A stretch of DNA of 63,408 bases, the filler included, from Thraustochytrium aureum (Eukaryota), in the NCBI GenBank assembly GCA_012862495.1. It is 11 parts of 7 records of this genome, joined end to end, with 100 filler letters (N's around TTAATTAATTAA, not from the genome) between each part and the next. Parts side by side here need not be neighbours in the genome. Positions count along the whole stretch, not along the records: positions 45,579 to 49,190 come from BLSG01000286.1; positions 49,291 to 51,240 come from BLSG01000286.1; positions 51,341 to 52,672 come from BLSG01000289.1; positions 52,773 to 58,826 come from BLSG01000289.1; 7 more parts are not named here. One strand, written 5' to 3'. The position numbers and the translations under genes were made by a program. The notes beneath the pieces were generated by a model. The model was not told where the DNA came from. It worked only from the letters and a program-made list of their open reading frames with translations, and did not search any database. Numbering within the stretch: the stretch's first letter is position 1; every line of letters begins with the position of its first letter. Positions 48,132 through 58,378 of this stretch are shown piece by piece.

Positions 48132-49190
48132 TCAATCCATCTGGTTTGGGTGGCCAACGAAGAGTGTCTCCCACCGCGCGTCGCGGCCGTGACCGATCGC
48201 ATCGTCTCTACAAACAGCCCGTGCGCGGCGGCCAGCCCATCTTCCAGGGGCTATTGGAGCACGCGGCCGGGGCTGCGCCGTGGTTGGCCTTGGCCTGAGA
48301 TCCCAGTTCAGAGCAGCCTCAGCGAGTCCAAGCACAGGTTGAGGCTGTCGTTGCGCGTGCGACTCGCCGCAGCTCGCGGTCTTCGGGCGCCCGTGTCGCA
48401 AACGCCGGTCAACGGGTAACTCTTGGCGCAGCTTGCGCGCACTGGAGCCTTGGTAGGGGCCTGGATCGATCTGGCTCGGACAGACGAGAGCCGCACGGGT
48501 CGCTTTGCAGCGAGTAGCGAAAGTGCGCTGTCTCCCCCTGACGAAAGAGGGGACCGCGCATACTGCCCGCTGCACGCGCGCGTGCCAAGGCAGCTTTCGA
48601 CCCAGGTTGTCGCGAATGCGAGCGAGCACCCTGTTGGCCGACACCATCGTCAACTCGACCTGGCCATGGTCGTAGCACACGAAAATGCGCGCCGACCCGG
48701 CCTCGGGCAAGAGGTCGATGTAGGCGGGCCCGAGGCGGGACCAAGCGCTGCCTCGCGGCCCGACGCGGCGCTCGAGCTCCTCGATCTCGAGCCTGCCCCG
48801 TGTCGCGTCTGCGTCTTGCGGAAGAGCCAATTTTCCGCGCAAGTGAAACTCGACGGGCCCAACGTTCCCCGCGCCTGCTGCGCCTCCTTTCTGCCCACGG
48901 CCTGCTCCTACGATGATGAGCTCGTGCGCATCGCCCTTGCTTGGGCTGCGGTCAGCGAGCTTGAACTGTATCCGCAGGCGGTCCCATGTGCAAAACGCAG
49001 CGTCCTCCTCGTGCACTCTGACGCGACCCGAGTAGGCGCCAGTGAGCGCAACGCCGACGGCGTGCGCCTTGCGCGCCGACCAAGCCGCGGTGGCCATGCA
49101 GCACGCCTCGCACTGGCTCGCCTCGCGGTGCTCTGCGCCAGCAAAGCCGAACGAGCGCGACAACCTGCGACAAAAACGCAGAGTACTCCA
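48132..49190 (-). CDS. Hypothetical protein fragment
   Basis: The minus frame gives plausible beta-rich globular sequence at about 48600-49100. No family recognised; ends uncertain. Confidence 0.3.
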   Translation of the reverse strand, partial: WSTLRFCRRLSRSFGFAGAEHREASQCEACCMATAAWSARKAHAVGVALTGAYSGRVRVHEEDAAFCTWDRLRIQFKLADRSPSKGDAHELIIVGAGRGQKGGAAGAGNVGPVEFHLRGKLALPQDADATRGRLEIEELERRVGPRGSAWSRLGPAYIDLLPEAGSARIFVCYDHGQVELTMVSANRVLARIRDNLGRKLPWHARVQRAVCAVPSFVRGRQRTFATRCKATRAALVCPSQIDPGPYQGSSARKLRQELPVDRRLRHGRPKTASCGESHAQRQPQPVLGLAEAALNWDLRPRPTTAQPRPRAPIAPGRWAGRRARAVCRDDAIGHGRDARWETLFVGHPNQMD

Positions 49191-49290
49191 NNNNNNNNNN
49201 NNNNNNNNNNNNNNNNNNNNNNNNNNNNNNNNNNTTAATTAATTAANNNNNNNNNNNNNNNNNNNNNNNNNNNNNNNNNNNNNNNNNNNN

Positions 49291-49696
49291 CGTGTCCGCA
49301 GCGGCGAATTCTACGTGAGCTCAGTGTCCCGGCTGACGCGCGAGTTTGGAGAACCGGTGTACAGCCTTGGGATGAGACTCCAAGTGGATGGCCTCTCCGA
49401 ACTCAAGAGCGCCTTCTTCGACGCCCTCCAAGCGCGGTCTTCTACGCCGCGCGCTTGGCTGCTGAGCAAGCACGATCCATACCACAGCAAGCGCACGAGC
49501 GACGCGCACTGCTCTATCGCATATCTAACGAGCCAGGGCAAGGGCGCGGTGGCTGAGATGGTCGCAGAGCGCAGCGACGAGGTGCTCGCGTCCGGCCCTG
49601 TTGACATCCAGGTCAGGAAGCTCGTGCTAGTCACAGAGGGCGGCGCCAAGGTGGACATCCCCCTTGGGGCCCCTGGCGGCGCCGCCCCCCCCCTAG
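49291..49696 (+). CDS. Possible 2H-phosphoesterase C-terminal half; 5'-partial
   Basis: AHCSIAY resembles the second H-x-S/T motif, followed by a helix and 'IQVRKLVLV...VDIPL'. The stop is inferred at the TAG after a C9 run. Confidence 0.35.
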
Positions 49697-49754
49697 GCTC
49701 AGTAGCGGCAGATCGTCGAAGCGCGCGGTCACGAGCACGCCCCGCCCGATCGAG

Positions 49755-51240
49755 ATGCGCGCAGTGAGCGCCAGCATCCTTCAGGACCTCCTGGACACGT
49801 ACCGCGACAAGATTGACGAGACCACCACAACGCAGCAGGTCATGGAGCGCGTCGTGGTCCCTGTCACACGGGACGCCCAGTGCAGCTATGCTGACCTGGG
49901 CTGGCCCGCCGGGCAACGGGGCGCGTCGATTTTTTCGTCTCTCACGCTTGGCGATACAAGTTCTTTGACCTGGTCGAGTGCGTCACAGCCCACCACGCAG
50001 AGCAGAGCGAGGGCCGTGCCCCAGACGCGGCCCCGCTGCTGTACTGGATAGACCTCCTGAGCGTCAACCAGCACAACGCGAGCGCGCCAACTGAAATCGC
50101 GAGCATCTGGGACGCGATCAAGGCGAGTCGCGCCACGATGGCCATCCTCAAGCCGTGGGATTCCCCCATCGCCTTGCGGCGCATTTGGTGCCTGTACGAG
50201 CTGCTGGGGACCGTCCAGCTCGGTGTCCCCCTGGACGTGAAAATCCCGCAGAGCGAGCTCCCGCGCTTCCACAGCGTCCTGCAGGACGACGTAGACCAGG
50301 TGCGGGCCAGGGCTCGGGCGAATCGACTCGGAGCGTGCCGAGGCGACCGTGCCCTCCGACAGGGACGCGATTCGCCTCTTAGTCACAGAGTCGATCGGGT
50401 TTCGCGGCCTCAACGTGCTCGTCAAAGACCGCTTGCGAGAGTGGGTCAGCGAGCCGGACTCGCACGCCTCAGCGAACTCGTGGGCCGCCAGCTGGTCCGG
50501 GCTCCTGCTCATTTAGCATGGCGCGCGGGGCCGCCTCCGACAGGGAGCGCAAGTCCGCAGCCGACTTTGCCTTTTCGCTTGGCAAAACGCTCGGCGATGT
50601 TGGAGACCTCGACTCGGCCCGACAGCTCTACGAGAGCGCGATGAACGTGTTTGAGGACTTGGCCGGCCCGGAGCGCCTGCGGAGCTGCCACGTGGCTGCG
50701 AGCCTTGCCTTCTGCCTCTGCAAGCAGAGTCGCCTAGACGAGGCCGAGTCCCTGCTCAACGAGTACCTGGCCGTTGCAGAGACTTTGCTGGACGATGCTC
50801 GCAGCGGCGGGGGGGAGGAGGGTGAGAGGAGATTCAAGACCTCGTCTTGCGGATGCGAAACACCCTCGCGATGACGATCGGGACTGGGCCAAGCGAACAG
50901 AGCTTCGAAAAGGCCATGGCGCTGTACCGCTCTGTGCTATCCAGCCGGCTGGCGCTCGCGGACGGCGCAGAAGATGGCAACACTGTGGCGACGCGAAACA
51001 ACATGGCGTGGCTCCTCGCCAAGCACGGCGATCAGGCTCAAGCTGAGGAGCTTTTCTTTGCCGTCTGGGAAGCGCGCACAAAGTTGTACGGGTCAGAGCA
51101 CCCGGGTACGCTCAACGCAGCGCAAAACCTCGCTCGCACAGTCCACGCGCGCGGCGAGACGTCGCGCGCGGTGCTTATCATGGAGACTGTCTGTGAGGCC
51201 AAAGCCGAGAACATGGGCATGCGAAACCCCTCCACCCAAA
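49755..51240 (+). CDS. HET/TIR-like domain + TPR (kinesin-light-chain type) protein; several frameshifts; 3'-partial
   Basis: Stitched frames give FFVSHAWRY...YWIDLLSVNQH...LRRIWCLYE...AEATVPSDRDAI...GF..LN..V, then TPR_10/12-type repeats (TRNNMAWLL, YGSEHPGTLNAAQNLA). Confidence 0.75.
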
Positions 51241-51340
51241 NNNNNNNNNNNNNNNNNNNNNNNNNNNNNNNNNNNNNNNNNNNNTTAATTAATTAANNNN
51301 NNNNNNNNNNNNNNNNNNNNNNNNNNNNNNNNNNNNNNNN

Positions 51341-52672
51341 TCGGGCACCGTCGCTGCGCGCTGCATTTCCATGATGCGGATTTGCAGCTCAAGCTGTCTC
51401 GTGCGCTCGGCCTCGGCCTTGGCCTTCTCGGCCTCGGCCTTGGCGACGTTCTCGCTCTGCCTGGTGCGCTCGGTCTCGACGGGGAGCAGCGCCGCCTCGG
51501 CCTCCTTCTGCGCGATTTCGTTGTTGAGCTTCTCGGCGAGCGTGAGGGGCTGCCGCCGCCCGTTCACGCGCCGAGGCACGATCACCTTGTGAACAGGCCT
51601 GCCCGCGATGGCATGCTTGGCCACCTCCTCATGGATGACGCTGATGAGCTGGTTGCGCAAGCCGTTGATGTCGATCTGCGGACCCACCTGCATTGAGATG
51701 TCTCCACGGGCCTCAGCATCGCTCAGGTTCACGAACGCGTTCCCCAACGCCATGCACAGCTGCCGCATCGGCTTGATCTTCTCGACCAACAGCTCTTGGA
51801 GGCTACGGGGGGTTATGAACCTGAGTGACTGCTTCGGGTTAATGTTGGCCAAACTCCAATGAACCCTCGATTCGTTCGCCCAAAACCCCACGTTGGGAGC
51901 GATTAAACTACCCCCCCAGACACTGGGGGGGTAGATTTTGGGTGGACATGAACTCTTCTGTCTCTCCGATTCCCCGAGTAATTGAAAGTATCCCAGACAA
52001 GTCCCTCGAACGAAACTTCTCTCGTCTCTTTGCATCGTGGAGATCCAACCCAAGGATGCCAGCTGCAACGCCCTCGTAGATGCAGAACACCTCGCCGAGC
52101 CCAGCGTTGTCAAGGCGCGCAAGCCACACGGTGAGCTCGTAGTAGCGGCGCTCAATGCCAGGCTTGATCTGCTCCATGCGCTCGACCGTTAGGCCCTGGC
52201 CAAGACGACGGAACACCTCGAAGGTTCGCTGCACAAGCGAACTACTCTCTTTGTTGGTTGCCGTTGTTTGATTTGGCGCAGTGGCTCGCTCGATCTCCTC
52301 GCGAAGCTCCTCGCGAAGATCGTCGCGAAGCTCCTCGCGAATCTGGTTGGCGATTACGATCGCGTCACTTGAGCTGGGCCCTGTGGCTTGTAGCTCCACA
52401 GCCCCTGACTCGTTCGCTCGCTGCATGCGACGAACACCACGAACCAAACTAGCTGTGAAGTTGCAGAGCATCACTGCCGCAGGCTTTTTCGAGTACCGGC
52501 AGAACTGGCAAAATCCCCGGTGGGACAGGAAGATCAGTTCCTTGTTGTGTCCACCGCGTTTTTTCTCACAAAAAGTTTGCTCCTCACTCGCTGAGGAGCA
52601 AACACCGGGGTAACACTGTACTTTCTGATAGTCCGTGTTTTCGCGAAGGTTTTGAAGGACGACCCTCAGAGC
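51341..52672 (-). CDS. Giant-virus-type DNA-binding protein with AntA/MSV199-like domains; open at both scaffold ends; frameshift at 51911-51931
   Basis: My translation from 52672 reads LRENTDYQKV...CSSASEEQ...KKRGGHNKELIFLSHRGFCQFC, in frame with ORF 51908-52474. Second domain FCIYEGVAAGILG...LRFITPRSLQELLV; tail ERTRQLELQIRIMEM. Confidence 0.7.
51908..51934. repeat. Perfect 12-bp inverted repeat, 3-nt loop (CTACCCCCCCAG-ACA-CTGGGGGGGTAG)
   Basis: Read directly from the sequence. Confidence 0.95.
52575..52603. repeat. Perfect 12-bp inverted repeat, 5-nt loop (GTTTGCTCCTCA-CTCGC-TGAGGAGCAAAC)
   Basis: Read directly from the sequence. Confidence 0.95.
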
Positions 52673-52772
52673 NNNNNNNNNNNNNNNNNNNNNNNNNNNN
52701 NNNNNNNNNNNNNNNNTTAATTAATTAANNNNNNNNNNNNNNNNNNNNNNNNNNNNNNNNNNNNNNNNNNNN

Positions 52773-53294
52773 TGAGCCTGGCCGCCGACCGGTTGCTGAG
52801 CAGGAATCGCAGCTCGTCGCGCCCGTGGCCCCCGCGGCGCGAGCGGCACCCACGCCGTGCGAGTACTGCGCCACGGCCTCGGCGAACGCGTTGGCCTTGA
52901 AGAGCGCGTTGCCCTTCTTTCGTGCGTCGACGGCCACAGAGACTTTGTCCGTGCCTTCGTCAGCGTTGGCGGTCGCCGACTTGCTCTCGCGAGCGGCCTC
53001 CCCGCGGACCACGTCGCTCCACCGGTACGCGTCCGGCGAGGGAGGGGTAGGCGGGCCGGCTTGTACGCGAGCCGCCGAGTAGCCCACGTCGCCCGCATCG
53101 CTCGCGTCGCTCGCGTCGCTCTCGCTCCCCGTATCCATGTCGCGCCTGTCTTGGTGCCAGTGCTGAGTGGTGGGCTTGATGGGGGCCACGAGCCGCATGA
53201 AGCCGCTGGTGGCATTCTGCACCGGGACGGGCGCTTTCCGACGCTCGGGTGAGGCCAGTGCCGCGGCGTAGGACATCTTGCTCACGTAGTCCAT
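52773..53294 (-). CDS. TPR-containing protein, N-terminal fragment
   Basis: ARKKGNALFKANAFAEAVAQYSHGV is a co-chaperone-type TPR first repeat. Truncated at the scaffold end. Confidence 0.65.
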
Positions 53295-53704
53295 TCTGTG
53301 ATGCCGTTTGCTTTCGCTGACGCTTGCTGCTGCTTGCTGCTTGCTGCTTGCTGATGCTTGCTGATGCTTGCTTCTATCGATTGGTGTTTGATCAGACTTC
53401 GCTGACAACTTCGCTTGCGGTCTCGCCTGCTCTGTCATTTCGCCTGGGGTCCCGCCGGCGACTCGCCGACGAACCGCAGTCGCATGGGTCTGGCTATTGA
53501 CGCTGCCGACCCGCTATAATTTATTGCGGGATCAGGAAGCAGTCGAACGCACGCGAAACCAAAGGTGTGCGCGCATTCGAATTTCCAACCCGCTCACGCC
53601 GGGCCTGGCCACAGTGGTGCCTGCAGAGTTGTCACACCGGCCTACGAATGCGCTTTCTCATCAGTCGTTTCATGGGAAATCATTCCCACCCCGCCCACGC
53701 GCAA

Positions 53705-53840
53705 CCACAATCGTCCAGCGACCGAGGCGGAACGCCCTGACGATTCTGGCACGCGATCCAGCGCCGCTCACGTGCGCCCACGATCGTCCAACGACGGGGG
53801 CCGAGTACCTTGACGATTCTGGCACGCGGGCCAACGCCGC
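53705..53840. repeat. Diverged tandem duplication, period 73 bp
   Basis: CCAC.ATCGTCCA.CGAC...TGACGATTCTGGCACGCG..CCA.CGCCGC at 53705 and 53778. Confidence 0.8.
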
Positions 53841-54790
53841 GCTCTCGCCGCGGAAAGCGCTGCTCGCGCGACACCACCAGCCAACCATCCATCCGACGGC
53901 AGCAGCCCGAGTGTGGCGCGCGACCTGCTTGCGGTAGTCTTTTTTTGAAAGGCTTGCGGCGTGCAACGCTCTGCTCAACAACTTGTCCCGTTTTGGGCGG
54001 CCCGGTCGGCGCCCAAACCGGCAGACAAGTTGATCGGCAGACCCCAAACGCGAAACACGAGCGAGAGAACACAGCAACCGAGCGACCGAGCGATCGAGCG
54101 AACTGCACGCGACGAGCACGCGAAGACCNNNNNNNNNNNNNNNNNNNNNNNNNNNNNNNNNNNNNNNNNNNNNNNNNNNNNNNNNNNNNNNNNNNNNNNN
54201 NNNNNNNNNNNNNNNNNNNNNNNNNNNNNNNNNNNNNNNNNNNNNNNNNNNNNNNNNNNNNNNNNNNNNNNNNNNNNNNNNNNNNNNNNNNNNNNNNNNN
54301 NNNNNNNNNNNNNNNNNNNNNNNNNNNNNNNNNNNNNNNNNNNNNNNNNNNNNNNNNNNNNNNNNNNNNNNNNNNNNNNNNNNNNNNNNNNNNNNNNNNN
54401 NNNNNNNNNNNNNNNNNNNNNNNNNNNNNNNNNNNNNNNNNNNNNNNNNNNNNNNNNNNNNNNNNNNNNNNNNNNNNNNNNNNNNNNNNNNNNNNNNNNN
54501 NNNNNNNNNNNNNNNNNNNNNNNNNNNNNNNNNNNNNNNNNNNNNNNNNNNNNNNNNNNNNNNNNNNNNNNNNNNNNNNNNNNNNNNNNNNNNNNNNNNN
54601 NNNNNNNNNNNNNNNNNNNNNNNNNNNNNNNNNNNNNNNNNNNNNNNNNNNNNNNNNNNNNNNNNNNNNNNNNNNNNNNNNNNNNNNNNNNNNNNNNNNN
54701 NNNNNNNNNNNNNNNNNNNNNNNNNNNNNNNNNNNNNNNNNNNNNNNNNNNNNNNNNNNNNNNNNNNNNNNNNNNNNNNNNNNNNNNNNC

Positions 54791-55186
54791 CGTCGCATGG
54801 GCGGAGCCGAGCACCTGGCGTACTTTGAGGACCTGGGCCGCCTGATCCAGGGCGAGAACGTGACTGCCGCGGGCCGCTTGGCGCCGCGTGTGGAGTCGCA
54901 CCCGCTGTCGCAGGAGGGCTTCGGCCTGCAGAGCGACCCGCGCAAGCTCCGCGAGCAGCTGTACGAGGAGGGCGACCGCGACTACGCCCGGGCCATGCGC
55001 GCGCGTATGGGCTACGTCACGGACGACGTGCGCTTCCTTCCGCACGCGCCTTCGATCGCGCTGCTGCGCGAGAAGCAGGCGCACGACGAGCGTGCCGCAG
55101 CCCACCGGCTCGCATTGGCCGCCACGGCTGGTGTGGGCACCGTGTCCGGGGAGGTCGTTCTCGCGCCCTCGGCGGGCGCGCACTAG
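54791..55186 (+). CDS. Hypothetical protein, C-terminal fragment
   Basis: Open frame with strong GC3 bias from the gap to TAG 55186. Converges on the ankyrin gene with ~55 bp of AT-rich spacer. Confidence 0.55.
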   Translation, partial: RRMGGAEHLAYFEDLGRLIQGENVTAAGRLAPRVESHPLSQEGFGLQSDPRKLREQLYEEGDRDYARAMRARMGYVTDDVRFLPHAPSIALLREKQAHDERAAAHRLALAATAGVGTVSGEVVLAPSAGAH

Positions 55187-55241
55187 AATGAAAATGATCT
55201 CATTGTTCTGCTCATGATCTATGACCTATCTCAAATCAAAA

Positions 55242-56636
55242 TCAAACCATGTTTCCCTCGGTGGTCCGACTCTGCCATGCCACGCTCCTGGTGATTACAG
55301 CACCATCTGTGACGTACGCCTTTTGCGACTGCGGTCTGGCGCTGGACTCGAGGGGCCGCTTTTGCGGGCGCGCCGACCCGCCCGCGACGCCGATCACCGG
55401 GGCGATAACCTTGACGGTATTTCTGGCCCCGCTGGCCCCGTCGGCGGCGCCACGGAGGCGGAGCGCATTAAGCACCTCCGCCGCGTGATGCTCGGCGACG
55501 CGAACGTCCGTGGTCCACCCGGCGACCCGTTGCTGACCGGGTGCCTGCGGCTTCGTCTGGCGCTCGGCGGGGTTGGACGCTGCTGATGCTGCTGCTGTTT
55601 CAGCCCGGCCCGTAGGAGCCAGTGAAACCGGGACCTCATTGCCCTCACCACCGGCTAGCAACTGCTCGGGCGACTGACCGGGCAGCTGCGCGTCCCCCTG
55701 CAAACGCCCCTCGCCGTTGCCCTTCCGATTTTCGCTCTCGCCCTCTTCGCCGTTCACCGTGAGAGGGGACTGGCTCGACCCGGGGCCTTCAGACGGCTGC
55801 GCAGCGTCGCTCTTCGCCGCTGGCCCTGGAGGTGCGACTTTCGTATTGCTTGGCACGTTCGACGCGAAGAGAACGTTGCAGACGTTGTAGTGCTTCTTGG
55901 CGCTCGCGGCGAGCAGCGCGCTCCACCGCAAGTTCTTGGCGCTCTCCACGGACATTTGCGCGAAGACGCCGGCATAGATAAGCAGCTTGACGATCGCCAC
56001 GTCGCCGTTGCCCGCTGCGTACACGAGCGGGTGCTTGCCGTCTATGCGGACGGTGTCGACGTTCTCGTCGCCGCAGAGCGCGTGGAGCGCGGAAATTACC
56101 ATGGTAATGTTGCGACTGCGCACAGCCGTGGCCAGCAGGCTCTCGCCGGGGCGCCTGTCGATGCCCGCCATGGAAGACTTTAGAATCTCGGCCATGATGT
56201 CGTTGACTGCCTTGCAGCACTGCGTTCGTTCCTGGATCATCTGCACCACGCGCGTGTGGCCCAAGCAGAAGGCCACGTTGAAGGCACGCTGCGCCTGCAC
56301 CGTTGCTCCCGCGCATAGCAGCGTCTCCACGACACTCTCGTGACCGTACTTTGCTGCCAGCAACAGCGCCGTGCATCCCTGGAAAGCCCCGAACGTCGCG
56401 GGTGCGTTCACCTGCGCGCCTGCCTTGACCATTTCGCGCGTCAAGGCGGCGTCGCCACTGGCGGCGGCGATGATGAAGTAGTGATGCGCAGCCTCTGCAA
56501 AGTTCGTGCCTAGCGCACCTGGAGCGCTTGCGCGGGTCGCGTTCTGAGCAGCACCTGCGGCGCTCGCGGGGCCTTCGGTTTCGCCTGAATCGGCACACTG
56601 CTTCGTGTTCGTCGTCTCCGCGCCGCGTGAAGTCAT
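55242..56636 (-). CDS. Ankyrin-repeat protein
   Basis: AAASGD...AGAQVN, GCTALLLAAKYGHESVVETLL.AGA, GKHPLVYAAGNGDVAIVKLLI.AG. Confidence 0.85.
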   Translation of the reverse strand: MTSRGAETTNTKQCADSGETEGPASAAGAAQNATRASAPGALGTNFAEAAHHYFIIAAASGDAALTREMVKAGAQVNAPATFGAFQGCTALLLAAKYGHESVVETLLCAGATVQAQRAFNVAFCLGHTRVVQMIQERTQCCKAVNDIMAEILKSSMAGIDRRPGESLLATAVRSRNITMVISALHALCGDENVDTVRIDGKHPLVYAAGNGDVAIVKLLIYAGVFAQMSVESAKNLRWSALLAASAKKHYNVCNVLFASNVPSNTKVAPPGPAAKSDAAQPSEGPGSSQSPLTVNGEEGESENRKGNGEGRLQGDAQLPGQSPEQLLAGGEGNEVPVSLAPTGRAETAAASAASNPAERQTKPQAPGQQRVAGWTTDVRVAEHHAAEVLNALRLRGAADGASGARNTVKVIAPVIGVAGGSARPQKRPLESSARPQSQKAYVTDGAVITRSVAWQSRTTEGNMV

Positions 56637-57025
56637 ATTCCGTACGCCCTGTTGCCTGCCTCGCTTTCCTTGTCGCTGTCCTTGTCGATGTACCTGACGC
56701 TGCCCTTGGATGCTTGTGGTTCGATTGGTTTGGTTGCGCAGTCTTCGTTCGGGGTCTGCAACGGTCTGCAAGGCAGGCGGGCATGCGGGCATGCAAGCAT
56801 CCATCTAGCAATGCAAACCTCGCATGAAGCGTCGCGTATTTCCTACCAGCAATGCCTAGCTCGTTCGGCCCCTAGCCACCCAACTCCGCCGTTCGTTCGG
56901 TGTGCGGGCACGCGAATTGACTGGGCCCAGTGAGGAAAGAGGCGCTCGCGCGCTCGCGCGCTCTGGCGACGCACCAGAATGGTACCGCTGCGGCGAGACC
57001 TATTGTGACGGCGTCAAACTCTTGC

Positions 57026-57409
57026 TTACTCCCACTTCCGTGTGCGCTCCAACACGGCCACTGTCCGCCCTATGTAGGGATGGACTGGGTCCAGCATGGT
57101 GAAGCCCGCCTCGCCTGCCAGCGAGCGCAGCGCGTCGGGCGCGGCGGTCCAGAGCAGCAAGCGACGCTCTCCGCGCGCGTCGGCTAGCCGCGTCGCTGCC
57201 CCTACTAGCGAGCGGGCCAAGCCGCGGCGACGGGCCCAGGGCAGGACGAGCAGGTCGGCCAGCCATGGCCCGGACTCGTGCAGCGGGCCGCTCGCCATGT
57301 CGCGCGCCACGACGGACACTGATCCCGCCAGGGCGCCGTCAGACTCTTTCACCGCGAGGAGTGTGACGCGCTCGACCGGGCGGTTCGCCTCGAGGTCCGT
57401 CTCGGAGTC
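57026..57409 (-). CDS. GNAT-family acetyltransferase; 5'-partial
   Basis: PWLADLLVLPWARRRGLARSLV (motif A), then RGERRLLLWT...AGF. Confidence 0.8.
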   Translation of the reverse strand, partial: DSETDLEANRPVERVTLLAVKESDGALAGSVSVVARDMASGPLHESGPWLADLLVLPWARRRGLARSLVGAATRLADARGERRLLLWTAAPDALRSLAGEAGFTMLDPVHPYIGRTVAVLERTRKWE

Positions 57410-58132
57410 NNNNNNNNNNNNNNNNNNNNNNNNNNNNNNNNNNNNNNNNNNNNNNNNNNNNNNNNNNNNNNNNNNNNNNNNNNNNNNNNNNNNNNNNNNN
57501 NNNNNNNNNNNNNNNNNNNNNNNNNNNNNNNNNNNNNNNNNNNNNNNNNNNNNNNNNNNNNNNNNNNNNNNNNNNNNNNNNNNNNNNNNNNNNNNNNNNN
57601 NNNNNNNNNNNNNNNNNNNNNNNNNNNNNNNNNNNNNNNNNNNNNNNNNNNNNNNNNNNNNNNNNNNNNNNNNNNNNNNNNNNNNNNNNNNNNNNNNNNN
57701 NNNNNNNNNNNNNNNNNNNNNNNNNNNNNNNNNNNNNNNNNNNNNNNNNNNNNNNNNNNNNNNNNNNNNNNNNNNNNNNNNNNNNNNNNNNNNNNNNNNN
57801 NNNNNNNNNNNNNNNNNNNNNNNNNNNNNNNNNNNNNNNNNNNNNNNNNNNNNNNNNNNNNNNNNNNNNNNNNNNNNNNNNNNNNNNNNNNNNNNNNNNN
57901 NNNNNNNNNNNNNNNNNNNNNNNNNNNNNNNNNNNNNNNNNNNNNNNNNNNNNNNNNNNNNNNNNNNNNNNNNNNNNNNNNNNNNNNNNNNNNNNNNNNN
58001 NNNNNNNNNNNNNNNNNNNNNNNNNNNNNNNNNNNNNNNNNNNNNNNNNNNNNNNNNNNNNNNNNNNNNNNNNNNNNNNNNNNNNNNNNNNNNNNNNNNN
58101 NNNNNNNNNNNNNNNNNNNNNNNNNNNNNNNN

Positions 58133-58321
58133 GTTCCGCCGTTCGGCGTGGGCATATGGTTGATCATCGGTGGGGCGGTCCTCGCGTTTCTCTCGTTCAT
58201 GCAGCCTCGCACGGCGAGGAGGGTCGTTGTCGGGGACTTAGATGACATTGAAAAGGCAGCTAGGACAGGCCGTAAAACGGGGAGAGGATTCAATAGGCTG
58301 GTTAGGTCAGCACATTTCTAA
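58133..58321 (+). CDS. Small membrane protein, C-terminal fragment
   Basis: My translation: VPPFGVGIWLIIGGAVLAFLSFMQPRTARR...RSAHF*, a TM followed by a basic tail. Converges on the Erv1 gene with a 57-bp spacer. Confidence 0.45.
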   Translation, partial: VPPFGVGIWLIIGGAVLAFLSFMQPRTARRVVVGDLDDIEKAARTGRKTGRGFNRLVRSAHF

Positions 58322-58378
58322 TCACGTAACTCTATAAACTATGGTGACCATTGCCGTCGAATTCCTTTCGCTCTTACA

